64,000 nucleotides of DNA from Leptolyngbyaceae cyanobacterium (GCA_965263355.1 CBDHHL010000056.1:1344001-1408000); one strand, 5' to 3'. Shown: positions 29,889-41,422, numbered from the stretch's first letter. Notes: generated by a model from the letters alone, not told the origin. Made by a program: numbers and translations.

Positions 29889-32012
29889 TCAGACATCCCA
29901 GTCATCGAAGACAGATAGAGACTCGCCCGGTGGCATGACCCGCCGATTTTGCACCACTTTGCGACTTTCTTGCAGGGTGGTCATATCAACTGAGATAGCG
30001 GCAAACTGCAATTCTAAACAACCTTGAGGGATTTGTACTCGCATTAAGGTCTCAAGTTCATTGTTGTCATTGGGGGTAAATTGCATCAACAGACGAGGGG
30101 AGTCGATTACCGTACGAGTTTGCAAATCATTCATCCATACTTTGACGTAGGGTTGATAGTTGCCTGCAGGTATGCGCACCCTGATGGCCAGCCACTCCCC
30201 TGAGACCAGTTCTTGCTGTGGTACGTCTAAGATTGGAGGATACACTTGAATGGGGTCAGCGGATTCCTGCTTTTCCTGTTTCTCGCTCCAACGGGACTCT
30301 CTGGGGGTGTCGTAAACCACAAATTCATTACTTCTTTGATAGTTCCCCTCTGGTGGCGGGTCAGATGTTTTTAAGGCACGCTTTACCTCTAGGGACTGAC
30401 GGTAACCGTCTTGGGTAAAGAGGCTAAGCTTTTGCCAAAATCGTTCCCGTAGTTGTAATTTCTCAAATGCGCGATCAATACTGACTGTGTTATCGACTCT
30501 GGTAGTCTGGGCCCATCGAGTGTCTAAGGGGGGCGTATGGAGGACGTCTGGAGCCGCAGAATTTTCAAGCAGCAGCGCTGCTGACGGGAAATCCTCGGCT
30601 GTGGGAGCCCCATCAAGGGCAGCCGTGGCGAGTTCTAAATCTAGATCGTCATCTTCAATACTGCTCAGTTCAAATATTTGGGGTTTAGCAAAGGCAGGTG
30701 GTTCCTCCACGGGGACGTCATTTTTTGGGGAGATAGTGCTCTCTGAAATCACATCAGGGGGATCAAACTCGAATTCATCGATGTCATCAGACTCATCAGG
30801 CTCATTCAAGGCCGGCTCTACTACCAACTCTTTGGGTTCATCTGCTTTAGACGTTTCTGAGGGTACATCTAGTGAGTCCTCTGCAGTCACACTGACATCA
30901 TCTGCTTGGAAACTGCTAATGTCAGGCGGAAATGTGGGCAGTTCTGGTTGACGGTCAGGATCAAGATCCTGCTCGCTGGGGGGAGTCAGTTGTGGTGGTA
31001 AGGTGAACCCTTCAGAAGGGATGATTTCCTTAGGAGCAATGGGAATTTCCTTTGTGAGTAGCGCTTCTGCTTTTGCTGGAGGAGGCACAAAGGCTTCAGT
31101 GGAACCTGGAAAAATGGAGATTTCTTCTTCAAACTCCAGGTTTGGCTGATTTGCGATCGCATCCAGCATTTGGGCCAAACCCAGGGTGACGGTAAATGAA
31201 GCAGAGGTTAAAACGGTCTCATCCTGCGAGCGATTGCGATCAATCAGCGAAATTGCTCCCAAAATTACTTGAGTGGATAAGTCCTCTGGCAGGGGAATCG
31301 TGACTGAAAACGGCGATGGAGGCTGAGGCACCTCAAAGAGTATTTCCTTAACTGTGCTGGCCGTTTGTGGATCCCGTAATTCCACTAAAAGCTGATAATG
31401 CGTCCTCAGGTAAGCGCCAGACGTTGGAAACAGCTGACCAGATAACGTTAACGGTTGTCCCAATTGGGTGACGTAGGCTTGTTGCTGGAGCTGCAACTGA
31501 AACTCAGTGGCCTGGACGGCATTACCATCAGTTGTGCCATCGGCAATTATCTCAGCATCAGACCGATACTCAGGACTGGCCCCATGGATCTCCAAAGGCT
31601 GCTTTTGACTGGATTCAGTTGTGTTCTCTGACCAGTCAGGATCCCAGTCATCCTCATCTCGCGGGGTAACCTGCAGCTGAACAGAGTAATGCCAGCTCCC
31701 CTCCCCCAGGAAATCATCGATCACATCAGGGCTATTACACTCAATTTCCCAGCGTCCAGCACTTAACTGAATAAATGGAAAAATGGCCAATAGTCCTGAA
31801 TCATTAGTATTAGCTTTACGCTTACGGACTCGACGACGGGGAGGGATTTCATCCAGCAGGAGTTGGCTAACCCGAATTTCCACAGATGTACTGTCATAGC
31901 TCGTATGGGCCGCCATCCGATAACGACCTTCTAAAATTTCTACCTGCCGTGTTTCCAGAGGCAGCCAGGTTTGATCACCTTCCTGCTGAATTAAAAACTC
32001 CCAATAACGCAT
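29889..32012 (-). CDS. Large hypothetical protein with an acidic, Pro-rich middle region
   Basis: 707-aa ORF; ordered-looking N-terminus (YWEFLIQQEGDQTWLPLE...EGRYR) and C-terminus around a D/E/P-rich linker. Confidence 0.8.
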   Translation of the reverse strand: MRYWEFLIQQEGDQTWLPLETRQVEILEGRYRMAAHTSYDSTSVEIRVSQLLLDEIPPRRRVRKRKANTNDSGLLAIFPFIQLSAGRWEIECNSPDVIDDFLGEGSWHYSVQLQVTPRDEDDWDPDWSENTTESSQKQPLEIHGASPEYRSDAEIIADGTTDGNAVQATEFQLQLQQQAYVTQLGQPLTLSGQLFPTSGAYLRTHYQLLVELRDPQTASTVKEILFEVPQPPSPFSVTIPLPEDLSTQVILGAISLIDRNRSQDETVLTSASFTVTLGLAQMLDAIANQPNLEFEEEISIFPGSTEAFVPPPAKAEALLTKEIPIAPKEIIPSEGFTLPPQLTPPSEQDLDPDRQPELPTFPPDISSFQADDVSVTAEDSLDVPSETSKADEPKELVVEPALNEPDESDDIDEFEFDPPDVISESTISPKNDVPVEEPPAFAKPQIFELSSIEDDDLDLELATAALDGAPTAEDFPSAALLLENSAAPDVLHTPPLDTRWAQTTRVDNTVSIDRAFEKLQLRERFWQKLSLFTQDGYRQSLEVKRALKTSDPPPEGNYQRSNEFVVYDTPRESRWSEKQEKQESADPIQVYPPILDVPQQELVSGEWLAIRVRIPAGNYQPYVKVWMNDLQTRTVIDSPRLLMQFTPNDNNELETLMRVQIPQGCLELQFAAISVDMTTLQESRKVVQNRRVMPPGESLSVFDDWDV

Positions 32013-32199
32013 GCTAAAACACCTGTTAGAGACTTGCCCCTATCACCTATGGTCATTGACATGCAACACCAATGAGCCAGAACATAGGGGCAATCCTAGC
32101 AAACATAGCTACGATTCTCACGTTTTTCAGTAAGACTCCTGTTTTTCCCTATGCTTTCTCTACGTTAGCTATAGCAATGTTAAAGAAATATGGCAGACA

Positions 32200-34695
32200 T
32201 TACACAAGCGGTTGTGGATAACTGATGGCATACCCCTGGGCATAGTCTATACCCAAGGTCCGCACTGTTTCTAGAACAGCTGGGTTTTCAACATACTCAG
32301 CAATTGTTTTTAACCCCATGATATGGCCAATGTTGTTGATCGACTGCAACATGGCGCACAGCACTTCATCGGTTGGGGCTTCTCTGACAAAACTACCATC
32401 AATTTTTAAGTAGTCCACCGGTAAATGCTTTAAATAATTAAACGAAGACATACCGCTGCCAAAATCATCTAACGCAAAATGGCAACCTATATTTTTTAGT
32501 TTCAAAATCAGGTCAGCGGCTTTTTGTAGATTTGAGATCGCCAGGGTTTCTGTAATTTCAAAACAGAGGATTTGAGGATTGATCGGATACTGTTCAAGTT
32601 GCTTTTCTAAAAAACTGATAAAGTTCTCGTCATTGATGCTAGACCCCGATAAATTGACGCTATAAATTGTTTGAGACGCTGGCGTCCGGGCAGCCAAATA
32701 GGTAAAAAAGCGCTTGACCACCCACCGATCAATTCGAGGCATTAGATTATAGCGTTCAGCCGTTGGTAGAAATGCCATGGGTGGTGCTATCTCACCTGTG
32801 CGAGCATTGGGCAGACGTAGCAAAATTTCACATAAACAAGTATTTGTGGTGTCGGGAATGGCTGATTCAATGGTTTGATAATACAGCTGGAACTGATCTT
32901 GATCTAATGCTTCGGTTAACCGCGAAAACCATTGCACATCCGTCGTTTGGCGATGAATACCATCGTCATTGGGATGATAAACCTGTATACGGTTGCGACC
33001 CTTATTTTTAGCGGTGTAGCAGGCTGCATCTGCTAACTGCATCACCTGTTCACTGTTGGTACTGTGAGACGTAATCGGGACGATGCCAACGCTAACACCA
33101 ATGCTAAATCCCTTGCCATTGTAGAAAAAACGAAATCCTTGAATACTCTTACAAAATAACTCTGCAATTTGGGTGGCTCGGGTTAGCTTGCAATTGTATA
33201 GCAGTAAGCCAAACTCATCGCCCCCCAAGCGAGCCAAGACATCGGTTTGACGAATTTGTCTTCGCCAAAGATCGGCCACTTGACACAACAGCTGATCCCC
33301 AGCCGCATGCCCGCAGGTGTCATTAACAGCCTTGAAATGATCTAAATCCATATAACACAACATATGCTGTAATTCAGAACCAGCGAGTTCATCAATGGCA
33401 TCATCTAGGGCATGAATAAACTTTTTGCGATTAAACAGTTCCGTAAGGGGATCGTGGGATGCTTGCCAGGCTAGTTGCTTAGCTCTGCCTCGCTCTTCAG
33501 TAACATCATGAAAGACAAGCACGGTGCCTAAGACTTCCCCCCCCTTGCCACGAATGGGGGCAGCTGAATCGCCAATCGCAAATTCCTGTCCCGTCTTAGA
33601 AATAAGAGTAGGATGATTACTAAGGCTAATGATTTTTTTTTCCTTGATGGCCTGTAACGCTGGATTTTCTACAGGTTGCCTAGTATTACTATCAACGATT
33701 GTGCATACGTCTGAAATTGATCGATGTCTTGCATTCTTCGCTTGCCAACCTGTTAGTTTCTCAGCAACCGGATTGAAGTCTTTAATATTGCCATATTCAT
33801 CCGTGGTAATCACGGCATCGCCAATGGAATGAAGAGTGATTTGGGCTAGCTCTTTTTCTTGGTGGAGAGATTGTTCTAACTGTTTACGCTCGGTAATATC
33901 AGTTTGAGAACCAGCGATTCGATACGGCTGCCCATCTTCGTCCCACAGGGCCATACCCCGTGTTAATATCCAGCGGTAGCTGCCATCGCTATGTAAGATT
34001 TGATACTCGCATTCAAAGTTAGTTCCATGGGACTCCAAGTGTTCTTTTAACCTGCGTTCAAAGCCTGGGCGGTCACTAGGATGGATACGAGATAACCACT
34101 CTTCTGGATTGTCACTGATTTGGTTGTGCTCCAATCCCAGAATTGTTTGCCAACGGAGAGAATAACAGATAGTATTCGTGTTTAGATCCCAATCCCAAAT
34201 ACCATCATTAGCTCCTTGAAGCGCCAGGGTATATCGTTCTTCACTAATTTCCAGCTTTTTTGTGAGTTCTGTACGCTCAATGGCATATTGAATTGTCTTA
34301 GCGAGTAAATTACCCACATCAACATACCCGAGTCTTTGTAGCCGTTCGGGTGAAAAAGTATCTGATTTGACCAGGTAATCTTGGGCACCCTCTTGAAGCG
34401 CGGCAATGGCAACATTTTGGTCTTGAATACCTGTGAGTACGACCACGGGCACTTTGGGAACCAGCGTTTTAATGTGTTTGACTAGTTCTACCCCTTGACC
34501 ATCAGGTAGACACAGGTCTAACAACACTACATCAAAGTTGTTGTGATCGGCCTCTAAAACTTTGATCGCTTCATTAAATCGCTCAGTGTGATGTAGCGTA
34601 GTTTTGAGCAGTTCAGATGAAGATAACAATTCTTGAAAGAGTTGTGCGTCTGATAAATTATCTTCGATCAATAATGCGTCTATGCCAGTTGTCAT
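32200..34695 (-). CDS. REC-PAS-PAS-GGDEF-EAL diguanylate cyclase/phosphodiesterase
   Basis: REC (LLIEDN, LLDLCLPD), PAS (DGIWDWD, HPSD), RLGGDEF, EAL domain with CEILLR and ALDDFGSG; likely start ATG 34695. Confidence 0.94.
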   Translation of the reverse strand: MTTGIDALLIEDNLSDAQLFQELLSSSELLKTTLHHTERFNEAIKVLEADHNNFDVVLLDLCLPDGQGVELVKHIKTLVPKVPVVVLTGIQDQNVAIAALQEGAQDYLVKSDTFSPERLQRLGYVDVGNLLAKTIQYAIERTELTKKLEISEERYTLALQGANDGIWDWDLNTNTICYSLRWQTILGLEHNQISDNPEEWLSRIHPSDRPGFERRLKEHLESHGTNFECEYQILHSDGSYRWILTRGMALWDEDGQPYRIAGSQTDITERKQLEQSLHQEKELAQITLHSIGDAVITTDEYGNIKDFNPVAEKLTGWQAKNARHRSISDVCTIVDSNTRQPVENPALQAIKEKKIISLSNHPTLISKTGQEFAIGDSAAPIRGKGGEVLGTVLVFHDVTEERGRAKQLAWQASHDPLTELFNRKKFIHALDDAIDELAGSELQHMLCYMDLDHFKAVNDTCGHAAGDQLLCQVADLWRRQIRQTDVLARLGGDEFGLLLYNCKLTRATQIAELFCKSIQGFRFFYNGKGFSIGVSVGIVPITSHSTNSEQVMQLADAACYTAKNKGRNRIQVYHPNDDGIHRQTTDVQWFSRLTEALDQDQFQLYYQTIESAIPDTTNTCLCEILLRLPNARTGEIAPPMAFLPTAERYNLMPRIDRWVVKRFFTYLAARTPASQTIYSVNLSGSSINDENFISFLEKQLEQYPINPQILCFEITETLAISNLQKAADLILKLKNIGCHFALDDFGSGMSSFNYLKHLPVDYLKIDGSFVREAPTDEVLCAMLQSINNIGHIMGLKTIAEYVENPAVLETVRTLGIDYAQGYAISYPQPLV

Positions 34696-35607
34696 GTGCC
34701 CGCGCAAGTATCTACAAGGAGATGGACTGTATTGAAAACGAATGTAACCAGTATTGTTATCTGTAGGCAGGATTAAGCCATCTATGGCTAATTGTTTAGA
34801 TATACGGTCATAAAAATCAGGTACATAGTAACGAGAGAATTAATAAAAATCGCGACAGAAGAACTACACGAGGCACATTCACTGGTCTAAAAATATAGTA
34901 AAAAAACTTGTTGAAATTTGTATATCGCGAAAATACTTATTCTTGAGGCACGGCTTTCCAAGAGGCTGCCACAGGTCTTACGGAGGAGTCGCTAGAGATA
35001 GCTCAGGCTTAGGGTGGAATAACAGAAAATTTGCTCAATGGTTGAAAAATTGAGTATCTCCACGGTTTAATCTCTATGCTAAGACTGCTCTCTATTTAGT
35101 AGTGCTATTAAGGGCAGGGCAGAGAAAAATAATCATACGCATTATCCTAAAAATAAGGGTTTGAGGTAGATAGCATTATTCTCTAGCCTTCCTGAAATAG
35201 GGCTACCCTTTGTTTGATTTGGATTGGCAGTCGCTCATTTTGAAACGCTGATAGGTAACTGCGCTGTTTTAAACTAAGAATCGTAGACTTTTTGAGAAAT
35301 TATTGGGTGGTCCCTAAAATTCGTCGGCTTAGCGATGTAAGCATTATTTGAACGGACTACAGCATCAGCTTTTGCGGATAATTGTTGCTTAGCTTGTTGT
35401 CATTCTAGTACTTCTGCCCTTGGCATTTGTTGACTTCTATGAGTTCTGTTATTTTGTCTGTAGGGAGTGGAGTCAATAAAAGTCTTCTGTTATCTGGTTA
35501 GCCGGATGTAAACAGATCTCTATGGTGACTGCATGGGCTTCATCATCAATAGCAACAACCTGACAATCTATATGTTGAGCGATACCGTTTTTAACCATCT
35601 AAATAGC

Positions 35608-35640
35608 AAAATCGGAGAGGCATAGTAATCCCTCTCCGAC
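35608..35640 (-). terminator. Terminator downstream of rpsN
   Basis: TCGGAGAGG..CCTCTCCGA stem with an A-run on the left (T-run on the minus strand). Confidence 0.6.
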
Positions 35641-35729
35641 TCAATCTAATACTTGTTTATAGCAATATACTCACCACACACAGGGTAACCCCATGGTGTT
35701 GAGCAAACTATAAGTTAAATTTGCTCACT

Positions 35730-36032
35730 TTACCAGCTAGACTTAACTACCCCAGGTAGCAGACCTTGGTGAGCCATGTCACGAAGGGCATTCCGGCACA
35801 AGCCAAAATCACGGTAGTAACCATGGGGACGCCCTGTTAACCAGCAACGGTTATGCAAACGCGTGGGTGAACTATTACGGGGTAACTGCTGAATTTTACG
35901 ATGAATTTCTAATTTTTCTGCTTGAGAGCCAGCGGACTTAAATGCATCTAGAAGTTCCTGACGTTTAGTTGCATACTTTTCAACTGCCTTTTCGCGCTTC
36001 CGCTGGCGCGCAATCATGCCTTTTTTAGCCAT
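35730..36032 (-). CDS. rpsN: 30S ribosomal protein S14
   Basis: [47 protein letters not shown]. Confidence 0.97.
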   Translation of the reverse strand: MAKKGMIARQRKREKAVEKYATKRQELLDAFKSAGSQAEKLEIHRKIQQLPRNSSPTRLHNRCWLTGRPHGYYRDFGLCRNALRDMAHQGLLPGVVKSSW

Positions 36033-36426
36033 TGGGCCTTTAATTTCCTAGGGTTACCAATATTTCAACCTTGCCCACATCCAGAACAGTCATCCTCCGT
36101 AGAAAAGCCTACGAGTTTCAACTTGGAAGCGGTTTATCAGAGTCTTCTATATTAGGGTATATTTTCCTCTTTGGCAAAAATGATCCTACTAATTTATTTA
36201 TTGATTTAAACGCTCTCGTTCATTGAAGTCATCCTCAAGACTAAATTTACTTAGCCAATTGATGAGCACGATGGCCCCAATCAATATGCTAAGGCTGAAT
36301 ATGCTAAAAATCATGCTTCAACCCAAAGAGTTTTATGAGTACTACAGTTATTTAGTAAAGCAGTCCAAGCATTTACTAGTAGGAGCAGAGCTACTTCACC
36401 TTAAGAATATGACTGTTCAACTGAAG

Positions 36427-36464
36427 CTTCGACGGTGAGTTCAGCCGAACCACTTACGTCGAAG
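36427..36464. repeat. REP-like nested palindrome
   Basis: CTTCGACG..CGTCGAAG outer arms with an inner GTTC-AGCC-GAAC hairpin. Confidence 0.55.
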
Positions 36465-36711
36465 TCCTAAAACTATGGGGGCTTTAGTGTAGGAATCTAG
36501 TTCAATTAGCATTCACCGACGTCTAAGGAGGGCATCGACAGGTGATAGTTAATTGAGACTACCTATTAAATACTGCCATCAGTATGACAGCTGTGCATAT
36601 TTATTTAAGAAGTGACCTTAGCATCAATTCTAAGCACTCTATCCTGGAAATATGGACTAATTATAATTACGTATAGTTCCTGACTACTCAGACAAGATAA
36701 CTACGAATTGC

Positions 36712-37410
36712 TTAAGTATTCTTATTAGAACGTCTAGCGGTTTGCGCCGCGATTAGCTTCTTTCCAGATATGCACCATTCGAATAGTTGGCACCGTTCAC
36801 AGGCTGGATTGCGAGCATCACAGACAGCACGGCCATGATACACCAAGCGGATGGACCAGTTTTCCCAATCAGGCTGAGGTAAGAGTTTCATCAAGTCTTG
36901 CTCAATTTTGACGGGGGTATCATGTTTAGTTAGGCCAAGGCGATGGGTAATCCGTTTTACGTGAGTGTCTACAGTTACCCCGGCATTGATACCAAACCCA
37001 TGGGCCAGGACTACATTGGCTGTTTTGCGAGCCACCCCTGCCAGGGTAGTCAATTCTGCCATTGACTGGGGTACCTCACCGCCAAAGTCAGTGATGATTT
37101 TTTCGCACGTAGCCCGGATATTTTTGGCCTTATTACGATAAAACCCAGTTGATCTAATATAGGGTTCAATTTCGCTGACTTCTGCTTCAGCGTAGTCCGT
37201 TACCGTTGGGAAGCGCTCAAATAGCGCTGGTGTGACCATATTGACTCGGGCATCGGTACATTGAGCCGACAGCATAGTCGCAATTAACAATTGCAACGGA
37301 TTGTCATAATCCAGCGAACAAGGGGCTTCAGGATACAGTTCCTTAAGCTTTTCAAGGATTAGTAAGGCACGTCGCTTTTTAGTTAGGCGAGGGCGTTGTG
37401 CAGCGGTCAC
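36712..37410 (-). CDS. nth: Endonuclease III
   Basis: LSAQCTD, GFYRNKAK, HhH motif LAGVARKTANVVL, VDTHV, C-terminal 4Fe-4S Cys motif. Confidence 0.96.
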   Translation of the reverse strand: MTAAQRPRLTKKRRALLILEKLKELYPEAPCSLDYDNPLQLLIATMLSAQCTDARVNMVTPALFERFPTVTDYAEAEVSEIEPYIRSTGFYRNKAKNIRATCEKIITDFGGEVPQSMAELTTLAGVARKTANVVLAHGFGINAGVTVDTHVKRITHRLGLTKHDTPVKIEQDLMKLLPQPDWENWSIRLVYHGRAVCDARNPACERCQLFEWCISGKKLIAAQTARRSNKNT

Positions 37411-37424
37411 AGGTGATTAGGGAG

Positions 37425-38519
37425 CTACTGAAAAACGTTCTGAAAAATTTCTAAGCGGGTAATATCACGGGCAATTAACATACCGCCCAAACCTAGAAAC
37501 AGTAACAGACCAGTTTGCATAACACTTTCCTGAATACGGCGGGGTAAAGGTTTACCCAGCAGAGCTTCTACCAGTAGGAAAGCAAGTTGACCGCCGTCTA
37601 ACGCTGGCAAGGGCAAAATGTTAATGATGGCCAGGTTGACACTGATTAAGGCCGTAAATGGAAATAAATCAATAATGTCTGAGTCTGCCATGGTGCTGCC
37701 CTGTTCAACGATGCCCACGGGACTGGATACTTGACTGGACATCTCAGAAAAGTTGGTTGCCAGGGCAAAAAAGCCTTGAGCCGTTCGAACAAAGACATTT
37801 TGAAACGCATCAGCTGCATAGGTGAGCACCTCAACAGGATTACTGGAGCGTTTGTAGATGGCTCTGCTATTTGGCAGCAGCTGAACCCCAATAATCGGTT
37901 TACCCTCGGGCGATAAATCTGGTTTGACCGTCAGGCTAATTTCCTGTTTCCCACGCTGAATGAATAAATCAACGGGCTTACTTTTACTAGTTTGAATGGC
38001 GTCAATTAAGGTTTGAACGTTTTCTTTCCCCTGATTCAAGGACTGATTGTCGACTGCCAGAATGATATCCCCTGCTTTAATACCGGCCTGGGCTGCGGGT
38101 GAGGTATTAGACATTACCTGGGGAATCAGCACACCCGGTTCAAACACAAAGTCTTGGGGGATGCCAACACTGGTAAACTGCACTACAAAAACAAGGTATG
38201 CGAATAGCAAGTTGGCGATAACGCCCGCACTCATGACAATGGCTCGATCCATTATGGGTCGATTTTGCAACAGGTTTGGATCGTCTGGGGCAAAACTAGT
38301 CTCATTGTCTTCGTCCATGGGAAAGCCAACAAAGCCCCCCAAAGGGAGCGCCCGCAGGGCGTATTCTGTCTGAGCACCCTGAATTTTCCATAGAATAGGG
38401 CCAAAGCCAATGGAAAACCGATTGACGTGAATCCCCTGTAGTCGAGCAGCTAGGAAATGGCCTAACTCATGGACAAAAATCAGCAGGGCAATGACAGAAA
38501 TAACGGCCAGAACGGACAT
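37425..38519 (-). CDS. rseP: RIP metalloprotease RseP (M50 with PDZ)
   Basis: FVHELGHF, FSIGFGP, PDZ domain, NILPLPALDGG. Confidence 0.95.
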   Translation of the reverse strand: MSVLAVISVIALLIFVHELGHFLAARLQGIHVNRFSIGFGPILWKIQGAQTEYALRALPLGGFVGFPMDEDNETSFAPDDPNLLQNRPIMDRAIVMSAGVIANLLFAYLVFVVQFTSVGIPQDFVFEPGVLIPQVMSNTSPAAQAGIKAGDIILAVDNQSLNQGKENVQTLIDAIQTSKSKPVDLFIQRGKQEISLTVKPDLSPEGKPIIGVQLLPNSRAIYKRSSNPVEVLTYAADAFQNVFVRTAQGFFALATNFSEMSSQVSSPVGIVEQGSTMADSDIIDLFPFTALISVNLAIINILPLPALDGGQLAFLLVEALLGKPLPRRIQESVMQTGLLLFLGLGGMLIARDITRLEIFQNVFQ

Positions 38520-38711
38520 AGACGAAAATAAGTAGGTCAGTAAAAAGCGCTTAACAGTTGATAACGCTAATCTGCTCAGCAGGTGAAAATAAATTCTCTG
38601 AAAGCATTTTTAGACGGCGTTATACAGGCAGGCAAGCGAATCAATTAATCGAAAACGTTTGCTATGGTTCCTATTCTACCGTTCCCATTCGATAGCTGTG
38701 GGTTAAATGAA

Positions 38712-39998
38712 TCAAAGAAACTCGCGACCCATGTAAGGTTGGAGCACGTCGGGGACCTTCACACTACCGTTGGGTTGCTGATAGTTTTCAAGCATAGCCG
38801 CCATGGTACGACCAATCGCTAACCCTGAACCATTCAGGGTGTGGACAAATTGGGTGCCTTTTTGCCCAGGGGTTTTAAAGCGGATATCAGCACGACGCGC
38901 TTGGAAATCGATGCAATTAGAGCAACTAGAAATTTCGCGGTAACGGTTGGCTGAGGGCAGCCATACTTCAAGATCGTAAGTTTTCGTGGCCGAAAAGCCC
39001 ATATCACCAGTACATAGGGCCAATACTCGGTAGGGCAGCTTGAGCTGTTGCAGAATATCCTCTGCATCTTTAGTTAAGGATTCAAGCTCGTCAAAGGACG
39101 CGTCCGGGTGAACGAACTTAAACATTTCCACCTTATTAAACTGGTGTAGACGGATCAGGCCACGGGTATCACGACCATAGCTGCCTGCTTCACGGCGGAA
39201 GCAGGGGGTGTAGGCACAGTAATTGATGGGTAATTCGTCTTCAGCGAGGATTTCGCTGCGGTGCAGGTTGGTGAGGGGGACTTCAGCGGTTGGTGTGAGC
39301 CAAAGGTCATCGTCCGCACATTTGAAACTGTCTTCAGCAAACTTGGGCAACTGCCCCGAACCAGTCAAGGAAGCGGAGTTGACCAAAATGGGAGGCAAAA
39401 TCTCGGTGTAGCCTGCCTTGGTATGGCGGTCGAGCATAAATTGAATTAATGCTCGCTCCAGGGCAGCACCTGCACCAATTAGGGTGACAAAACGGCTCTG
39501 GGCAATTTTTACCGAGCGCTCAAAGTTCATGATGCCCAGCTTTTCACCCAACTCGTAATGGGCTAAAAAGCCATCTCCCTGGGGAATCAGATCATCCCCC
39601 CAGCGACGGACTTCTACGTTATCTTCTTCGTCCTGGCCTTCAGGCGTACTGTCGCTAGGCAGGTTGGGCAGAGTGAGTAAAATATTGTGAATTTTAGCTT
39701 TAAGCTCTTTTTCCTTGGGTTCTAGCTCAGATAATTCCTTTTTTACCTGGTTACCTTCATCCCGCAGGGCTTTGACGTCATCACCTTTGGGATCGGCCCC
39801 GCCTTTGATTTTCATGCCGACGGATTTACCGATTTCATTACTGCGGGCCTGGAGTTGCGATCGCTCCCCCTCCAATCCTCTTTGCTCACTATCCAAGGCC
39901 TGTATTTCAGCTAAAGACTGGGCATAGTCGCCACTGCGCTTAGCTAGGGCCGCTGCGACCTGGTCAGGATTTTGTCGAATCTGCTTTAGATCAAGCAC
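38712..39998 (-). CDS. serS: Serine--tRNA ligase
   Basis: [51 protein letters not shown]. Confidence 0.98.
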   Translation of the reverse strand: MLDLKQIRQNPDQVAAALAKRSGDYAQSLAEIQALDSEQRGLEGERSQLQARSNEIGKSVGMKIKGGADPKGDDVKALRDEGNQVKKELSELEPKEKELKAKIHNILLTLPNLPSDSTPEGQDEEDNVEVRRWGDDLIPQGDGFLAHYELGEKLGIMNFERSVKIAQSRFVTLIGAGAALERALIQFMLDRHTKAGYTEILPPILVNSASLTGSGQLPKFAEDSFKCADDDLWLTPTAEVPLTNLHRSEILAEDELPINYCAYTPCFRREAGSYGRDTRGLIRLHQFNKVEMFKFVHPDASFDELESLTKDAEDILQQLKLPYRVLALCTGDMGFSATKTYDLEVWLPSANRYREISSCSNCIDFQARRADIRFKTPGQKGTQFVHTLNGSGLAIGRTMAAMLENYQQPNGSVKVPDVLQPYMGREFL

Positions 39999-40037
39999 TG
40001 TGGTTCACCGAGTTTTCCCAGTAGACAAGAATAACAT

Positions 40038-40117
40038 CCCTCATTCCAAATCCTTCTCCCCTAGGGAGAAGGACTTTGAGGCTAGCTTCCCTTCTCCCCC
40101 AAGGAGAAGAACAAAGG
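40038..40117. repeat. Degenerate double-hairpin REP/MITE-like repeat
   Basis: TCCTTCTCCC-CTA-GGGAGAAGGA (40051-40073) and CTTCTCC-CCCAA-GGAGAAG (40091-40109). Confidence 0.6.
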
Positions 40118-40357
40118 TTAAACTACCTGTTCAATCTCAGCGATTTCAGGGATAAACTCACGCAGGCGACGCTCGATCCCCATGCGGAGGGTCATGGCGG
40201 AGCTGGGGCAGGAGCCGCAGGCACCCTGCAGACGCAGTTTGACCACCGGTCCGTCAATGTCAACCAGCTCAACATTGCCGCCATCGGCCATCAGATAAGG
40301 GCGGAGTTCGTCCAGTACTTTTTCAACGTTATCGTTGGTTAGGGCTAGGGTTTCCAT
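40118..40357 (-). CDS. nfuA: NifU-like Fe-S carrier NfuA
   Basis: [35 protein letters not shown]; likely start ATG 40357. Confidence 0.95.
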   Translation of the reverse strand: METLALTNDNVEKVLDELRPYLMADGGNVELVDIDGPVVKLRLQGACGSCPSSAMTLRMGIERRLREFIPEIAEIEQVV

Positions 40358-40444
40358 GGAGTCGATTCTCATTAAAGAGTGAAACAGCTAACCCAATAGT
40401 AGCTTTTGTGGGCAGTGGGCAGTGGGTAGCGAACTGTCTACTCC

Positions 40445-41422
40445 TCAACCAAGCCGTCTGGGCTCTGTGCCAGTCAACTGCCAACGACGAATTTGACCAG
40501 CCCAATCGCCGCTGATTAAGGTGCGATTATCGGGAGCAAAGACGGCGGACCAGACGCCGCTGGCATGGCCTTCCAGTACGTCGAGCAGTTTACGGGTGGT
40601 CATGTTCCAGATGCGGATGGTGCGATCTCGACTGGCCGTCGCCAAAAGTTTGCCATCACCACTAAAACTGACACTATTAACACCACCACTATGGGCATCT
40701 AGCTCACCTAGAAAGCGACCGTCCCGCAGCCGCCAGAAGATGACCTTTTGATCGGCTCCACCGCTCACCAACAGTTCACCGTCGGGGCTGATAGCCAGGG
40801 ATACAATGTCATCGTCATGACGCTGCAAGCGATGTCGAATTTGCCCTGTGGTTACATCGCAGATATTGATTTCCTTATCCTGGGTGCTGGTGACCAGAGT
40901 GCTGCCATTGGGGCTGATCACCAGGGTACGAATCCAGTGCTGATGGGTAATAAGGGTATGTTTCAATGTGCCATCGGTGGCTGACCATCGTCGGACTGTT
41001 TTGTCTTGGCTGCCGGTATATATCCACTGACCATTAGGGCTAAATGTGACGGTCCGAATGCTATCAGTATGACCTTTAAGGGTGGCTAGGGGGCGGCCCT
41101 GCCCTAGTGACCATAGAAAAACTGTATTATCGTTACCGCCGCTAGCAATCAAAGCATTATCAGGACTAACGGCCAATGCCCTGACCCAGCCGCTATGGCC
41201 CTGCAGTGTTTGGTGGAGTTCTCCGGTATTGAGATGCCACATTTTCACTGAGCGATCGCCGCTGCCACTGATGATGTACCGTCCTTGACTATCAACGGCG
41301 ATAGAACGGATCCAACTATCGTGGGCGTTAATGGTTTGAGTACAGTGCCAGAGATGGCGACACGGTGGTTCAGGGGACGAGTTCACAGCCGCAGCTCTAG
41401 TGACTAGATACATTGGTTTCAA
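40445..41422 (-). CDS. WD40-repeat (7-blade beta-propeller) protein
   Basis: Seven GH/AH...SGSxDxxxxxW repeats. Confidence 0.93.
   Translation of the reverse strand: MKPMYLVTRAAAVNSSPEPPCRHLWHCTQTINAHDSWIRSIAVDSQGRYIISGSGDRSVKMWHLNTGELHQTLQGHSGWVRALAVSPDNALIASGGNDNTVFLWSLGQGRPLATLKGHTDSIRTVTFSPNGQWIYTGSQDKTVRRWSATDGTLKHTLITHQHWIRTLVISPNGSTLVTSTQDKEINICDVTTGQIRHRLQRHDDDIVSLAISPDGELLVSGGADQKVIFWRLRDGRFLGELDAHSGGVNSVSFSGDGKLLATASRDRTIRIWNMTTRKLLDVLEGHASGVWSAVFAPDNRTLISGDWAGQIRRWQLTGTEPRRLG

Noticed and set aside
30487..30951. Long antisense ORFs (e.g. 30487-30951, 13224-13664, 43472-44141)
   Set aside because: Shadow frames of well-supported genes on the opposite strand
34708..35729. 1-kb intergenic region with a 41-codon minus-strand ORF near 35473-35598
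   Set aside because: No motif, repeat or RBS support; most likely regulatory DNA
35730..36032. Zinc-free long S14 as a Zur-regulated paralogue
   Set aside because: The roughly 100-aa stand-alone rpsN is the normal cyanobacterial form
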